Shown here: in pieces, positions 8,975 to 17,748 of the stretch | How the letters are laid out: every line of letters begins with the position of its first letter | Position numbering within the stretch: the first letter of the stretch is position 1 | Assembly: GCA_949283525.1 (NCBI GenBank) | Contig: CASDSK010000038.1 | Span: 30,970-94,969 of the forward strand | Length of the DNA stretch: 64,000 bases | From: an uncultured Eubacteriales bacterium | GTDB lineage: Bacteria; Bacillota; Clostridia; Christensenellales; UBA1242 | Direction: 5' to 3' | Made by a program: the position numbers and the translations under genes | The notes under the pieces: generated by a model | Databases searched by the model: none | What the model was told of the DNA's origin: nothing | What the model saw: only the letters and a program-made list of their open reading frames with translations

Positions 8975-9979
8975 ATGAATAAAATAAAAATAAAAGGCTT
9001 TAGAACAATGATATTTTGTTCTATATTTACTTTAATAATTATATTATTTTTAATAATTAATCCAAACAAATATATTAACTCAGCATTTAATGGAATTTTA
9101 ATATGGGCTAAAGCAGTATTACCTTCACTATTTCCCTTCTTCTTTTTAACAAAACTTTTAACTGAATTAGGTGGAATTAAAATTTTAGCCAATTCATTAC
9201 AGAAATTTATGCAAAAATGCTTTCACGTAAATGGAATAGGCAGTTATGTATTCCTAACGAGCATAATGAGTGGATATCCAGTTGGGGCTAAAATTACAAG
9301 TGAACTATATGAGAAACAAATGATTACTTCAAGTGAGGCAAAAAGATTAATAACTTTCACGTCTACTTCTGGTCCATTATTTGTAGTAGGCACAGTTGGA
9401 GTCGGTATGTTTGGAAGCACACTAATGGGCTTTGTTATATTAATTTCGCATTTTTTAGGTGCTATTATTAACGGATTATTATATAGAAATTACTCCTACA
9501 AAAAAAATGAAAAAACACAATTTAACCGTTTTACTTTTGAAGGAATAAACGAAAATATATTAGAAAAGTCAATGTTAAGTGCTATAAACTCAATACTAAT
9601 CGTTGGTGGGTATATCACGATTTTCTTTATTTTGATTGACATTCTATCCGATATAGGTTTGTTAAATATTTTAAATATATTAATATCCAATTTCTTTAAT
9701 TTTATCGGTATTTCATCTCAATATTCTAATGGAATTTCTACTGGTATACTTGAAATGACTCGAGGATGTTATGAGATATCAATGAATTTTACAGATTTAA
9801 AAATTGCCACAATCTTAGCAACTTTTATAATTAGTTTTGGTGGTTTATCCACACATTTACAAGCAATGACTTTTTTGCAGAAATGCAATATAAGTATTAA
9901 ATTTTTCCTTTTACAAAAAACAACACATGCCCTACTAGCATGTGTCATATCAACTATAATATCAAGTATATTTATGTAA
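8975..9979 (+). CDS. YlbJ-like sporulation integral membrane protein (nucleoside-recognition/gate domain)
   Basis: N-terminal GILIWAKAVLPSLFPFFFLTKLL resembles the YlbJ family. Polytopic membrane protein. Confidence 0.6.
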   Translation: MNKIKIKGFRTMIFCSIFTLIIILFLIINPNKYINSAFNGILIWAKAVLPSLFPFFFLTKLLTELGGIKILANSLQKFMQKCFHVNGIGSYVFLTSIMSGYPVGAKITSELYEKQMITSSEAKRLITFTSTSGPLFVVGTVGVGMFGSTLMGFVILISHFLGAIINGLLYRNYSYKKNEKTQFNRFTFEGINENILEKSMLSAINSILIVGGYITIFFILIDILSDIGLLNILNILISNFFNFIGISSQYSNGISTGILEMTRGCYEISMNFTDLKIATILATFIISFGGLSTHLQAMTFLQKCNISIKFFLLQKTTHALLACVISTIISSIFM

Positions 9980-10702
9980 TTATATTTCTTCCCAAATATA
10001 CAAAAATCTTTCATACAATCCTTTTAATGATTTTATTTTCTCTATTTTATCCAAAATTACTTTGCTTAAACTAAAAATTATTTTTTTATTATTTATACTC
10101 AAGGCTTCTAACAAAGCATCAACATACTCTTTTATTTCTTCTTCTTTATCTTCTTTAATTTTGTAATCAGATTCTACAACTTTAATTATATCATTACAAA
10201 TAACCTTGAGTTTATTTATAAAATCTTGATGTACTTTATTATCTACGTTTATTTCTTTCCTTACTTCATTATCAATTTGAATTTTTTTTGTATTCTCCAA
10301 ATTAAGCATTGCATTTCGAAATGGTAAAATAAAATAATGCCCAAAATTTTGATAAATATCGTTTATAGTACCATCATAAACAAAATGTTTATTTGTAAAA
10401 GCCTCATAGTCAATTTGATTTAATGCTATTTGTTGTAATATTAAATAACATAATGCCACAATCTTCTCATTTTCTTTTGGCATTACAAAGTCTTTTGGCT
10501 TATTTTGATTAGCAGAAATTGCTATTCCAAGTTCAGTTGTAAAGTCAAAGTTATTTATACATTTTTTTACAATTTCTCTTAATGAAGTATCATTATTAAT
10601 GCTTTCTAATAGTTTAACTATATTATTCCCTAGCATAATATATTTTGCATCAATAAAATTATTGCACAATTGAATAAATGGGCGTTGCTCTTTAGCTTCC
10701 AT
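9980..10702 (-). CDS. hypothetical protein (240 aa)
   Basis: Long ORF with GAGGTG RBS. No family recognised. Confidence 0.5.
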   Translation of the reverse strand: MEAKEQRPFIQLCNNFIDAKYIMLGNNIVKLLESINNDTSLREIVKKCINNFDFTTELGIAISANQNKPKDFVMPKENEKIVALCYLILQQIALNQIDYEAFTNKHFVYDGTINDIYQNFGHYFILPFRNAMLNLENTKKIQIDNEVRKEINVDNKVHQDFINKLKVICNDIIKVVESDYKIKEDKEEEIKEYVDALLEALSINNKKIIFSLSKVILDKIEKIKSLKGLYERFLYIWEEI

Positions 10703-10840
10703 ATTTTCACCTCAAACAAAAAGATTATAACATAATTAAATAATTAAAACAAATATTTTAGTAGATTAATATAAAATAGTTGGCAAATTTTAAATTTTAT
10801 GATAAAATACATCTATGAAAATTTTAAGGAGGCAAATTAA

Positions 10841-11386
10841 TTGAGCACTCAATTTGTCGCTGATGAAACAGAAAATAAATTAATTTTACTGTTTATACTT
10901 GATAAAATGGAAATTCCTCTAACAGAAAACTCAATTATGGATATAGCGACCAGTCGCAATAATTGGCTTTCATATATGGATTGTAAAGATATTTTGTGGC
11001 AGTTAGTTAAAGCCAAATTTATCTACTTTGACCAAAATCCAAACAATAAAGATGAGGGGCTTTATTCCATTACTACGGAAGGAAGAGATTGTTTATCTCA
11101 TTTTTTTGCTAAAATCCCTCAATCTATTCGTGAAGACATTTCAAATTTTTGCAAACAAAATCGTATAATATTCAAAAGAGTACAAGAATATGTAGCAGTG
11201 TATCATAAAAATAATGATGGCACCCACACTATTGTTTTGAGAATAAATAGTCCTAAAGGTTTTCAACCTATATTAAAATTACAGCTTAAGGTAGACTCTA
11301 GGAGAAGTGCAATAAATGCTTGTAAGAAATGGCAAGATAAAGCACCAATTATCTATGAAAAAATAATAGAAGATTTGCTTGATTAG
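10841..11386 (+). CDS. DUF4364-like winged-helix protein (TTG start)
   Basis: GGAGG lies 8 nt upstream of the TTG. The N-terminus NKLILLFILDKMEIPLTENSIMD resembles DUF4364/PadR-like proteins. Confidence 0.55.
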   Translation: MSTQFVADETENKLILLFILDKMEIPLTENSIMDIATSRNNWLSYMDCKDILWQLVKAKFIYFDQNPNNKDEGLYSITTEGRDCLSHFFAKIPQSIREDISNFCKQNRIIFKRVQEYVAVYHKNNDGTHTIVLRINSPKGFQPILKLQLKVDSRRSAINACKKWQDKAPIIYEKIIEDLLD

Positions 11387-11395
11387 GAGGAACAT

Positions 11396-11761
11396 ATGAC
11401 AAATAAAATTAAACCACAATCTTTTAAGCCACAAGGAATTTGTTTTACTCAATTCGTACTTAATTTTGAAGTTGACCAAGACAATGATTTAATTTGTAAA
11501 GAAATAAGAACATTAGGGAATGGATGCAAAGGCGTAATTTCTATATTAAATCAAATAACAGTTAATAAAAAAGCTAAAGATGTAGTAAAAGAGTTAGAAA
11601 ATTCTCAAATTTGTAAAAATAATACTTCGTGTGCATTAGAATTAGTTAAAGCACTTAATGAAGCAATTTTAGTTCACAATGGCGTGGACATTTCCCAATT
11701 ACATTCAAAACGAAAACCCCCTATTACAAATATAGGTTTATCAATTCAGTCAAAAAAATAA
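11396..11761 (+). CDS. TSCPD-domain protein (TIGR03905-like) with C-terminal extension
   Basis: GICFTQFVLNFEVD...GNGCKG...NTSCALELVKAL matches the pattern of the small TSCPD family. AGGAGG RBS. Confidence 0.6.
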   Translation: MTNKIKPQSFKPQGICFTQFVLNFEVDQDNDLICKEIRTLGNGCKGVISILNQITVNKKAKDVVKELENSQICKNNTSCALELVKALNEAILVHNGVDISQLHSKRKPPITNIGLSIQSKK

Positions 11762-11797
11762 AGTGGAATTCTAATAAATTAGAACCCACTTTATTTT

Positions 11798-12787
11798 TTA
11801 TGCAGCCATTTTTGATGTTACAATATTTGCGATTGAATTATCTACAACTTTACTAAATTCAACATCTGTAGTTAATTCCCCTGCGTGCTTTATTATGTCC
11901 AAAAGATTTTTATAAGCAGTTTCTTTCATAACAGGACTTTCTACCCAAGCATCAATCTCTTTATAACTTATAATTCCATTTTTTATTGATGTTCTAGTAC
12001 TACCTGTAAATGATGGCATTAGTGAATCAACAACTTTTTCTATGTCAGCAGTCATCAAAAATTGATAACCTTTCATAACAGCAGTTAAGAATTTTTCTGC
12101 TTTATCATTATTCTTTTTTAGCCAATTCTCAGTAGCCATAAATGCAGTATATGGCACTTCACCACTCTCCTGCCCAATTGAAGCTACTTTATATCCTTTA
12201 CCTGCAGAAATATAGTCGCTAGCAACAGGTTCAAACATTGTACAATAATCACCTGTTCCATTTTCAAATGCACTAACCATTAAATCAAACGCAACATCAA
12301 GGTTGACTTCTGCAGTATCACCAACTCCGTTTTTATCTAAAACATATTGTAATGTCATCGCAGGCATACCACCCCTACGCCCTCCTAAAATTTCTTTGCC
12401 AGCTAAATCTGACCATTGAAAATTTGGTTCTTCATTTCTCCCAACTAATAATGTTCCATCTCTTTTTGTTAACTGACCAAAAATTATAGGTTGATTTGTA
12501 CTGTTTTGTGCTGCAACATAAACAGCTGTCTCAGGGCCTAACAAAGCTATTTGTGACTGCCCAGAGATTAATGAAGTCATTGATTTGTCAGAACCACCGC
12601 CATTAATTAACTCAATCTCTAAGCCCTCATCTTCAAAATAGCCATTATTTATTGCAATATAAAGTGGAGCATAGAAGATGCTATGTGTTACTTCATTTAA
12701 TTTAATTTTGTTTCCAGAATTACCACATCCACTAAATGCTACAACAATTATTAAAGCCATTGAAATAAGTATATTAATTGTCTTCAT
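11798..12787 (-). CDS. ABC transporter substrate-binding lipoprotein (NMT1/THI5/SsuA-like)
   Basis: Signal peptide with lipobox (VAFSGCGN). NMT1-type fold motifs (HSIFYAPLYIA, GGGSDK). Confidence 0.8.
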   Translation of the reverse strand: MKTINILISMALIIVVAFSGCGNSGNKIKLNEVTHSIFYAPLYIAINNGYFEDEGLEIELINGGGSDKSMTSLISGQSQIALLGPETAVYVAAQNSTNQPIIFGQLTKRDGTLLVGRNEEPNFQWSDLAGKEILGGRRGGMPAMTLQYVLDKNGVGDTAEVNLDVAFDLMVSAFENGTGDYCTMFEPVASDYISAGKGYKVASIGQESGEVPYTAFMATENWLKKNNDKAEKFLTAVMKGYQFLMTADIEKVVDSLMPSFTGSTRTSIKNGIISYKEIDAWVESPVMKETAYKNLLDIIKHAGELTTDVEFSKVVDNSIANIVTSKMAA

Positions 12788-12938
12788 ATTTCCTCCGTAA
12801 ATTGTATAAATGATAATTATACATTTTATTATATTCTTAAAATTAATTTCCTGTTAATTTCATTCGACATTTTATCAAAAATTATTACATTTAATTGTAT
12901 TATATAAAAAAATATGCTATAATACGCGTAGGTGAAAT

Positions 12939-13457
12939 ATGAATATAAAATATGTACCAAATATTTTAAGTTTTATTAGGCTACTATTAGTTCCTTTTTT
13001 TATAGTATCATTTTTTTTGATAAATAAATATTTAGCACTTGCGATTTTTATCATAGCGTCAATAACTGATTTAATAGATGGTTATATTGCCCGTAATTAT
13101 AACGCTGTTACTGAATTTGGAAAAGTATTAGACCCTTTCGCTGATAAATTTATGAAAATATCGGCTTTAATTTGTTTGACTTTTGCTGATTTAATTCCAT
13201 TATGGATAACAATTATAATGGTAGTATGTGATTTAGCAATGATAATTAGCGGTATATGTTTATACAAAAAAAATATAACAATACAAAGTAATTGGATAGG
13301 TAAATTAGGGACTTTAATAATAAGCTTAGGTGTAATTCTTAGTTTTTTTACAGAATGGATAGGCAACGCTAACATATATGTAATTTACGCTGGAATAATT
13401 ACGGCAATAATTGCTGGTTTAAATTATGTTTATATTTTCTTTACAAAAAAAAAATAA
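12939..13457 (+). CDS. pgsA: CDP-diacylglycerol--glycerol-3-phosphate 3-phosphatidyltransferase
   Basis: CDP-alcohol phosphatidyltransferase motif DLIDGYIARNYNAVTEFGKVLDPFADK. Four TM helices. Confidence 0.85.
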   Translation: MNIKYVPNILSFIRLLLVPFFIVSFFLINKYLALAIFIIASITDLIDGYIARNYNAVTEFGKVLDPFADKFMKISALICLTFADLIPLWITIIMVVCDLAMIISGICLYKKNITIQSNWIGKLGTLIISLGVILSFFTEWIGNANIYVIYAGIITAIIAGLNYVYIFFTKKK

Positions 13458-13550
13458 ATATTCACAAAAATAATAAAGAAGTTATGGAAGAAAAAAAAGA
13501 AATTAATGAAAATACGAAGAATTAGTTATAACTAATTTTAGCAAAATTTA

Positions 13551-13579
13551 TTGACAATGTTCCATCATTATGATATAAT
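13551..13579 (+). promoter_or_regulatory. consensus sigma-A-type promoter
   Basis: TTGACA, a 17-nt spacer, then TGATATAAT (extended -10). Confidence 0.6.
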
Positions 13580-13596
13580 TATTTAGAGGTATGATT

Positions 13597-13848
13597 ATGG
13601 TAAGCACATTAATTTTAGGCGCAACATTTGGTGAATGGATATCAACTTGGTATCACATTGTTGCAATAGTTTTAATCGTAATTGGCATTGCTACATTTAT
13701 TTTATCAAATAGGCTAGCAATGGTAATAAAAAAACAAGATAAAGTAGAATACAACGATAAATTAGTAATAATTTTAAGAACCGTTGGATTAATCCTTTTT
13801 GTTGTTGGAATTATTTTATTTTGTTTGCCACCAAAAGGAATGAATTAA
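13597..13848 (+). CDS. small two-TM membrane protein (83 aa)
   Basis: ORF behind AGAGGT. The second ATG is chosen for RBS spacing (track start 13591). Confidence 0.5.
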   Translation: MVSTLILGATFGEWISTWYHIVAIVLIVIGIATFILSNRLAMVIKKQDKVEYNDKLVIILRTVGLILFVVGIILFCLPPKGMN

Positions 13849-13869
13849 TTGTACAATTTTGTACAATAT

Positions 13870-13945
13870 GCTCTCATCGTCTAGTGGTCTAGGACGCTAG
13901 CCTCTCACGCTGGTAACACGGGTTCAAATCCCGTTGAGAGTACCA
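13870..13945 (+). tRNA. tRNA-Glu (anticodon CUC), CCA encoded
   Basis: Cloverleaf folded by hand: acceptor GCUCUCA/UGAGAGU (G1-U72 wobble), D arm GUCUAGUGGUCUAGGAC, anticodon stem CUAGC/GCUGG with loop CUCUCAC, T arm ACGGGUUCAAAUCCCGU. Confidence 0.9.
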
Positions 13946-13955
13946 TTTTAACTAT

Positions 13956-13988
13956 AAAAATGTCTTTTTGAGTAAAGACATTTTTTTT
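13956..13988 (+). terminator. intrinsic terminator after tRNA-Glu
   Basis: AAAAATGTCTTT-loop-AAAGACATTTTT followed by a T-run. Confidence 0.7.
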
Positions 13989-14041
13989 ACAAAAAATTTG
14001 CAATTATTTTTCGTTCATATTATATTTAGTTAGAGGATAAA

Positions 14042-14704
14042 ATGTATAAAGATGTAAAAATAAAAATTTGTGGAATAAAAAATAAAGAGGATGCACTCTT
14101 ATGTGTAAATAACGGCGCAAATGCAATAGAAATGCTTGTTGGGCAAAAACACTTTAGTACAGATTTTATTTCTAAAGAAATTGCAAAAGAAATTGTTGAT
14201 GTCTTACCACCCTTTTGTAGCAGTGTTATAGTTACTCATAGCGAAGTTGCTGACGAAATTATATCAATTTGTAAATTTGTAAATAACACAACAATTCAGT
14301 TGCATTCTATAATTAACGAAGATGAAGTTAAAAAAATTAAAGAATCGTTGCCATATATCAAACTTATAAGACTAATTCATATTTTACGTGATGGTGATAT
14401 TATAACAGACTATAAATCAATGAAATATGCAGATGCATATTTATTAGATAGTTTTAATCTAAAAACAAACCAAGTAGGCGGAACTGGACTAACTCACAAT
14501 TGGAATTCTAGCAAAAATTTAATACAAGAATTAAACAAACCAGTAATTCTTGCTGGGGGCTTAAACCCTTATAATATTGTTGATGCTATAAATATAGTCA
14601 ATCCTTGAGGTGTTGATGTCAATACTGGACTTAAAGCACAAAATGGCCTTGAAGATTATAAAGCAGTTGTAAAATTTATTAATAATATTAAAAATACAAA
14701 ATAA
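14042..14704 (+). pseudogene. trpF: TrpF-like phosphoribosylanthranilate isomerase interrupted by in-frame TGA (14606-14608); either a pseudogene or a recoded/read-through CDS
   Basis: VKIKICGI...EDA...LPPF...QLH...GGTG..W..ILAGGLNP.N matches PRAI. After the TGA the frame stays open for 31 codons (GVDVNTGLK...FINNIKNTK) and matches the conserved VDVSSGVE C-terminal segment. Confidence 0.75.
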
Positions 14705-15035
14705 ACAATTTTATATTTTAAAAAAAATTGTGGCAAATTTAAATCAAATAAAATTATGGAATATATTTATAGAAAAACTAAAATTTCATAAACTGAAATA
14801 AAAAAATAAGAATAAGAATAAGTAATTAGTATTAATATAAATTTTTATTTTATAAAATATAATAATTTTAAGTAAAAACAATGAAAACACATCAGAATTA
14901 TATAATCTAATGTGTTTTTATATTTTGTTTATTAATTATTTTAAATTGTTATAAAAATTTCTTTATCAAATAAATTGTAGTAACTACAAAAAGACCATTA
15001 AATATGGCCATTTTTATATTAATTATTAAATATTA

Positions 15036-16670
15036 TTATTCGACTGAAACTACATAATAATATACAGGTTGCCCACCATAAATGGCAGTAACTTCACAAT
15101 TACTAAATTTTTCTGCCAATTTATCTTGCATTTCAATAGCTTTCGCTTCTTCAACCCCTGCTCCATAGAATAATGTTATATTAACAGATTCTTCACTTAC
15201 TAAAGCGTTCACCAAATCCTCTAAAGTTTGTTCAATAGTTTCGCCTTTTGCTCTAATATGAGATTCATCTAATCCAATTATTTCGCCCTCTTTAATGTCA
15301 AAGCCATCTACACTTGTTGTTCTAACAGCATTTGTTATCGAACCACTACGCACAATTTGACTGCTTTCTTTCATATTTTGTATGTTTTCGTCTTTGTCAG
15401 CGTCAGGATTAAAAGCCAAAATTGCTGATATGCCTTGTGGAACACTAGTTGTCGGTATGACATATACCTGTTTTTGAGATAGTGCTTTAGCCTGCTCAGC
15501 AGCTAAAATTATATTTTTATTGTTAGGGAACACATAAACAGTTTTTGATGGGACAGCTTCAATTGCTTGAGCGATATCATCTGCACTTGGATTCATAGTT
15601 TGCCCACCTTCAATTATGTGATCAACACCCAAATCTTTAAATACAGCACTTAACCCATCACCAGCACAAACTGAGACCATACCATATGGCTTTTCATTTT
15701 TATTTTCAGCAAGTTTTCTTAACTCTCTATTTTGCTCACGCATATTTTCAATCTTAAGATTATATAACTCACCTAATTCCAAAGCGTAACCTAAAGCCTT
15801 ATTAGGCTCATTTGTATGCACGTGAATTTTAACTAATGACAAATCCCCTGTGCAAATTACAGAATCACCTATTGACATTAATTTTTCTCTTAATTTATCA
15901 ATATCAGATTCCGTTGTTTTCTTAAACATATGAATTATCATAAACTCGGTACAATAACCAAATTCTATATCGGCAAGTGCCTCTAAATTAACGTGAAATT
16001 CTTTAATATTATCTAAAGTTTTAGCAATGTCAGTCATTTCAAATTCAAATGTTTCATCATTAATTATTACTTTATAGAAACCTTGGAAAATGACCATTAA
16101 AGCGCGCCCACCAGCATCTATGACTCCTGCTTTGGCTAGGACAGGCAACATTTCAGGAGTTTTTTGAAGAATTTCTTCACCCTTATCAATAACATATTTT
16201 AAGAAGTCCTCAAATTCAGTCATTTTCTTACATGCAGTCCCTGCTTCTTCTGCCATTGTTCTAATAACTGTTAAAATTGTTCCTTCCTTAGGTTTTGTTA
16301 CTGCTTGATACGCTATCGCTGAACCTTCTTTCAATGCTTTAGCAAAGTTCTTAGTTGTTATTTCTGTACAAGTTTTTGTAACTTGCGCAATACCTTTAAG
16401 AATTTGCGAAAGAATAACACCACTATTACCTCTTGCACCACGCAAAGCACCCTTTGACAATGCGTTGCTTAAATCTTCTAAATTGTTTGACGTGCAATTA
16501 TTAATTTCGTTTATTGCCGATTTTAATGTTAAAAATGTATTTGTACCAGTATCTCCATCTGGAACAGGAAATACATTTAATGAATCGACATATTTTTTAT
16601 TTTTCTCCAAATTGCTGCAACCTGCAAAAAGCATTTTTCTAAAGGTTGCACCATTTATTGTCTTAGTCAT
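15036..16670 (-). CDS. yloV: DAK2-domain protein YloV / fatty-acid kinase FakA family
   Basis: DhaL motif PDGDTGTN, 544 aa, located next to an Asp23-family gene as in B. subtilis yloU-yloV. Confidence 0.8.
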   Translation of the reverse strand: MTKTINGATFRKMLFAGCSNLEKNKKYVDSLNVFPVPDGDTGTNTFLTLKSAINEINNCTSNNLEDLSNALSKGALRGARGNSGVILSQILKGIAQVTKTCTEITTKNFAKALKEGSAIAYQAVTKPKEGTILTVIRTMAEEAGTACKKMTEFEDFLKYVIDKGEEILQKTPEMLPVLAKAGVIDAGGRALMVIFQGFYKVIINDETFEFEMTDIAKTLDNIKEFHVNLEALADIEFGYCTEFMIIHMFKKTTESDIDKLREKLMSIGDSVICTGDLSLVKIHVHTNEPNKALGYALELGELYNLKIENMREQNRELRKLAENKNEKPYGMVSVCAGDGLSAVFKDLGVDHIIEGGQTMNPSADDIAQAIEAVPSKTVYVFPNNKNIILAAEQAKALSQKQVYVIPTTSVPQGISAILAFNPDADKDENIQNMKESSQIVRSGSITNAVRTTSVDGFDIKEGEIIGLDESHIRAKGETIEQTLEDLVNALVSEESVNITLFYGAGVEEAKAIEMQDKLAEKFSNCEVTAIYGGQPVYYYVVSVE

Positions 16671-16719
16671 TAATATCCTCCAAAAATTTGCTTAAACAAG
16701 CAAAAGAAGGCATACAAAG

Positions 16720-17070
16720 TTAAACTTTGACGCCCATTATATTTACGTTTATAGATTCTACAATCATACCTGTAAAATCTTCAACATTATACTTCACAGA
16801 TTTTTTTAAACTGTCGGCAACAGCATTGATTGAAACGCCATATTTTAATATTACACTCAAATCTAATAAAATCTTATTATCGTGTGTAGTAACTTTAACT
16901 CCACGTTTGTAATTTCTTTTTTTGAATAACTCTGCTAAATTATCAGTAAGACGTCTTGGAACTAAATCTACAACGCCATAGCATTCCAAAGCAAAATATC
17001 CTGCTACATTTGCTATTGCTTCATCACTGATAGTTATTCTCCCATTTTTATTTGATGTATGTACTGCCAT
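16720..17070 (-). CDS. yloU: Asp23/Gls24-family protein
   Basis: ISDEAIANVAGYFALECYGVV is typical of Asp23. Synteny with yloV. Confidence 0.8.
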   Translation of the reverse strand: MAVHTSNKNGRITISDEAIANVAGYFALECYGVVDLVPRRLTDNLAELFKKRNYKRGVKVTTHDNKILLDLSVILKYGVSINAVADSLKKSVKYNVEDFTGMIVESINVNIMGVKV

Positions 17071-17305
17071 TGCAATCTCCTACTTTTAGCTGTAAATCGA
17101 CATTGATATTGTACTATATATTCAAAAAAAAATCAACCATATTTATAAATTTTATAAATAGATTTATAAAAATACTTGATTTTTTTTGTATTTTATTGTA
17201 TCATATACGAGTATGAAAACAATTGTTTAATATTTATGCAATTCTACATTTATATTTTATACAAATGTTTATAGAATATTACAAAATTTTATTGGAGGTG
17301 TTATT

Positions 17306-17497
17306 ATGCCAAAAACTTGTAGTATATGTGGCAAAGACAAATTGAAAGGCAATAAAATTGCTCATTCACGCTCACACGTTAGTGGTAGAACAATTAGAAC
17401 TTTTAAACCTAATTTACAAAAAGTTAGATTAGAAGATGAAAATGGTACAGTAACTACACAATATGTTTGTACTAAATGCTTAAAAAAAGTTAACTAA
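17306..17497 (+). CDS. rpmB: 50S ribosomal protein L28
   Basis: MPKTCSICGK...HSRSHVSGRT..FKPNLQKV. GGAGGTG RBS. Confidence 0.9.
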   Translation: MPKTCSICGKDKLKGNKIAHSRSHVSGRTIRTFKPNLQKVRLEDENGTVTTQYVCTKCLKKVN

Positions 17498-17501
17498 AAT
17501 T

Positions 17502-17528
17502 TCCTGCCTATATGCAGGCTTTTTTTTT
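17502..17528 (+). terminator. intrinsic terminator after rpmB
   Basis: CCTGCC-TATAT-GCAGG followed by T9. Confidence 0.75.
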
Positions 17529-17578
17529 GGAATGTACATAATTTATATTTTTATCATATAATTTATTAGGGGGTTGTT

Positions 17579-17653
17579 ATGAAAATAATATGTATAAAAG
17601 CACCAAAATTGTTAAGAGGAATTTTAAAATTATTTTTTAAACCTAATAAATAA
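17579..17653 (+). CDS. spoVM: SpoVM-like 24-aa amphipathic sporulation peptide (absent from the ORF track)
   Basis: AGGGGG RBS 6 nt upstream of the ATG. Peptide MKIICIKAPKLLRGILKLFFKPNK compared with B. subtilis SpoVM MKFYTIKLPKFLGGIVRAMLGSFRKD (from memory). Lies directly downstream of rpmB, as in B. subtilis. Confidence 0.6.
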   Translation: MKIICIKAPKLLRGILKLFFKPNK

Positions 17654-17748
17654 ATATAAATATTAATAATTTTTGCAACTAAAAAAATATAAAAGAATGA
17701 AGTCCACTTACGACTTTATTCTTTTTTTGAATACAATATTAATATAAT

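Noticed and set aside
8971-9192. 73-aa minus-strand ORF, and other small ORFs overlapping the ylbJ-like gene (9496-9690, 9769-10014).
   Set aside because: They overlap a long membrane-protein gene on the opposite strand with no supporting signals.
10816-10845. 9-codon upstream ORF (MKILRRQIN) whose TGA overlaps the TTG start of the DUF4364-like gene.
   Set aside because: It has no RBS of its own and is very short. It is probably a coincidental consequence of the GGAGG RBS region.
14606-14608. Genome-wide genetic code 4 or 25 (TGA as Trp or Gly) as the explanation for the TrpF TGA.
   Set aside because: All other conserved genes in the window are intact under code 11 and Trp is encoded by TGG throughout. 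Only one in-frame TGA was seen, so a local nonsense mutation or read-through is more parsimonious. Not fully excluded (see finding).
14606-14660. Selenocysteine insertion at the TrpF TGA.
   Set aside because: No convincing SECIS-like hairpin lies immediately downstream of the TGA, and the aligned position in PRAI is an aromatic or small residue, not a catalytic Cys.
14815-14835. Short tandem repeat ATAAGA-ATAAGA-ATAAGT.
   Set aside because: Only about three units in an AT-rich intergenic region. Too short to interpret.
13849-15035. Possible integrated islet at tRNA-Glu (lone damaged trpF followed by a 330-nt AT-rich spacer).
   Set aside because: No direct repeat of the tRNA 3' end was found downstream and there is no integrase. 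The spacer contains only terminator-like hairpins and trivial micro-ORFs.
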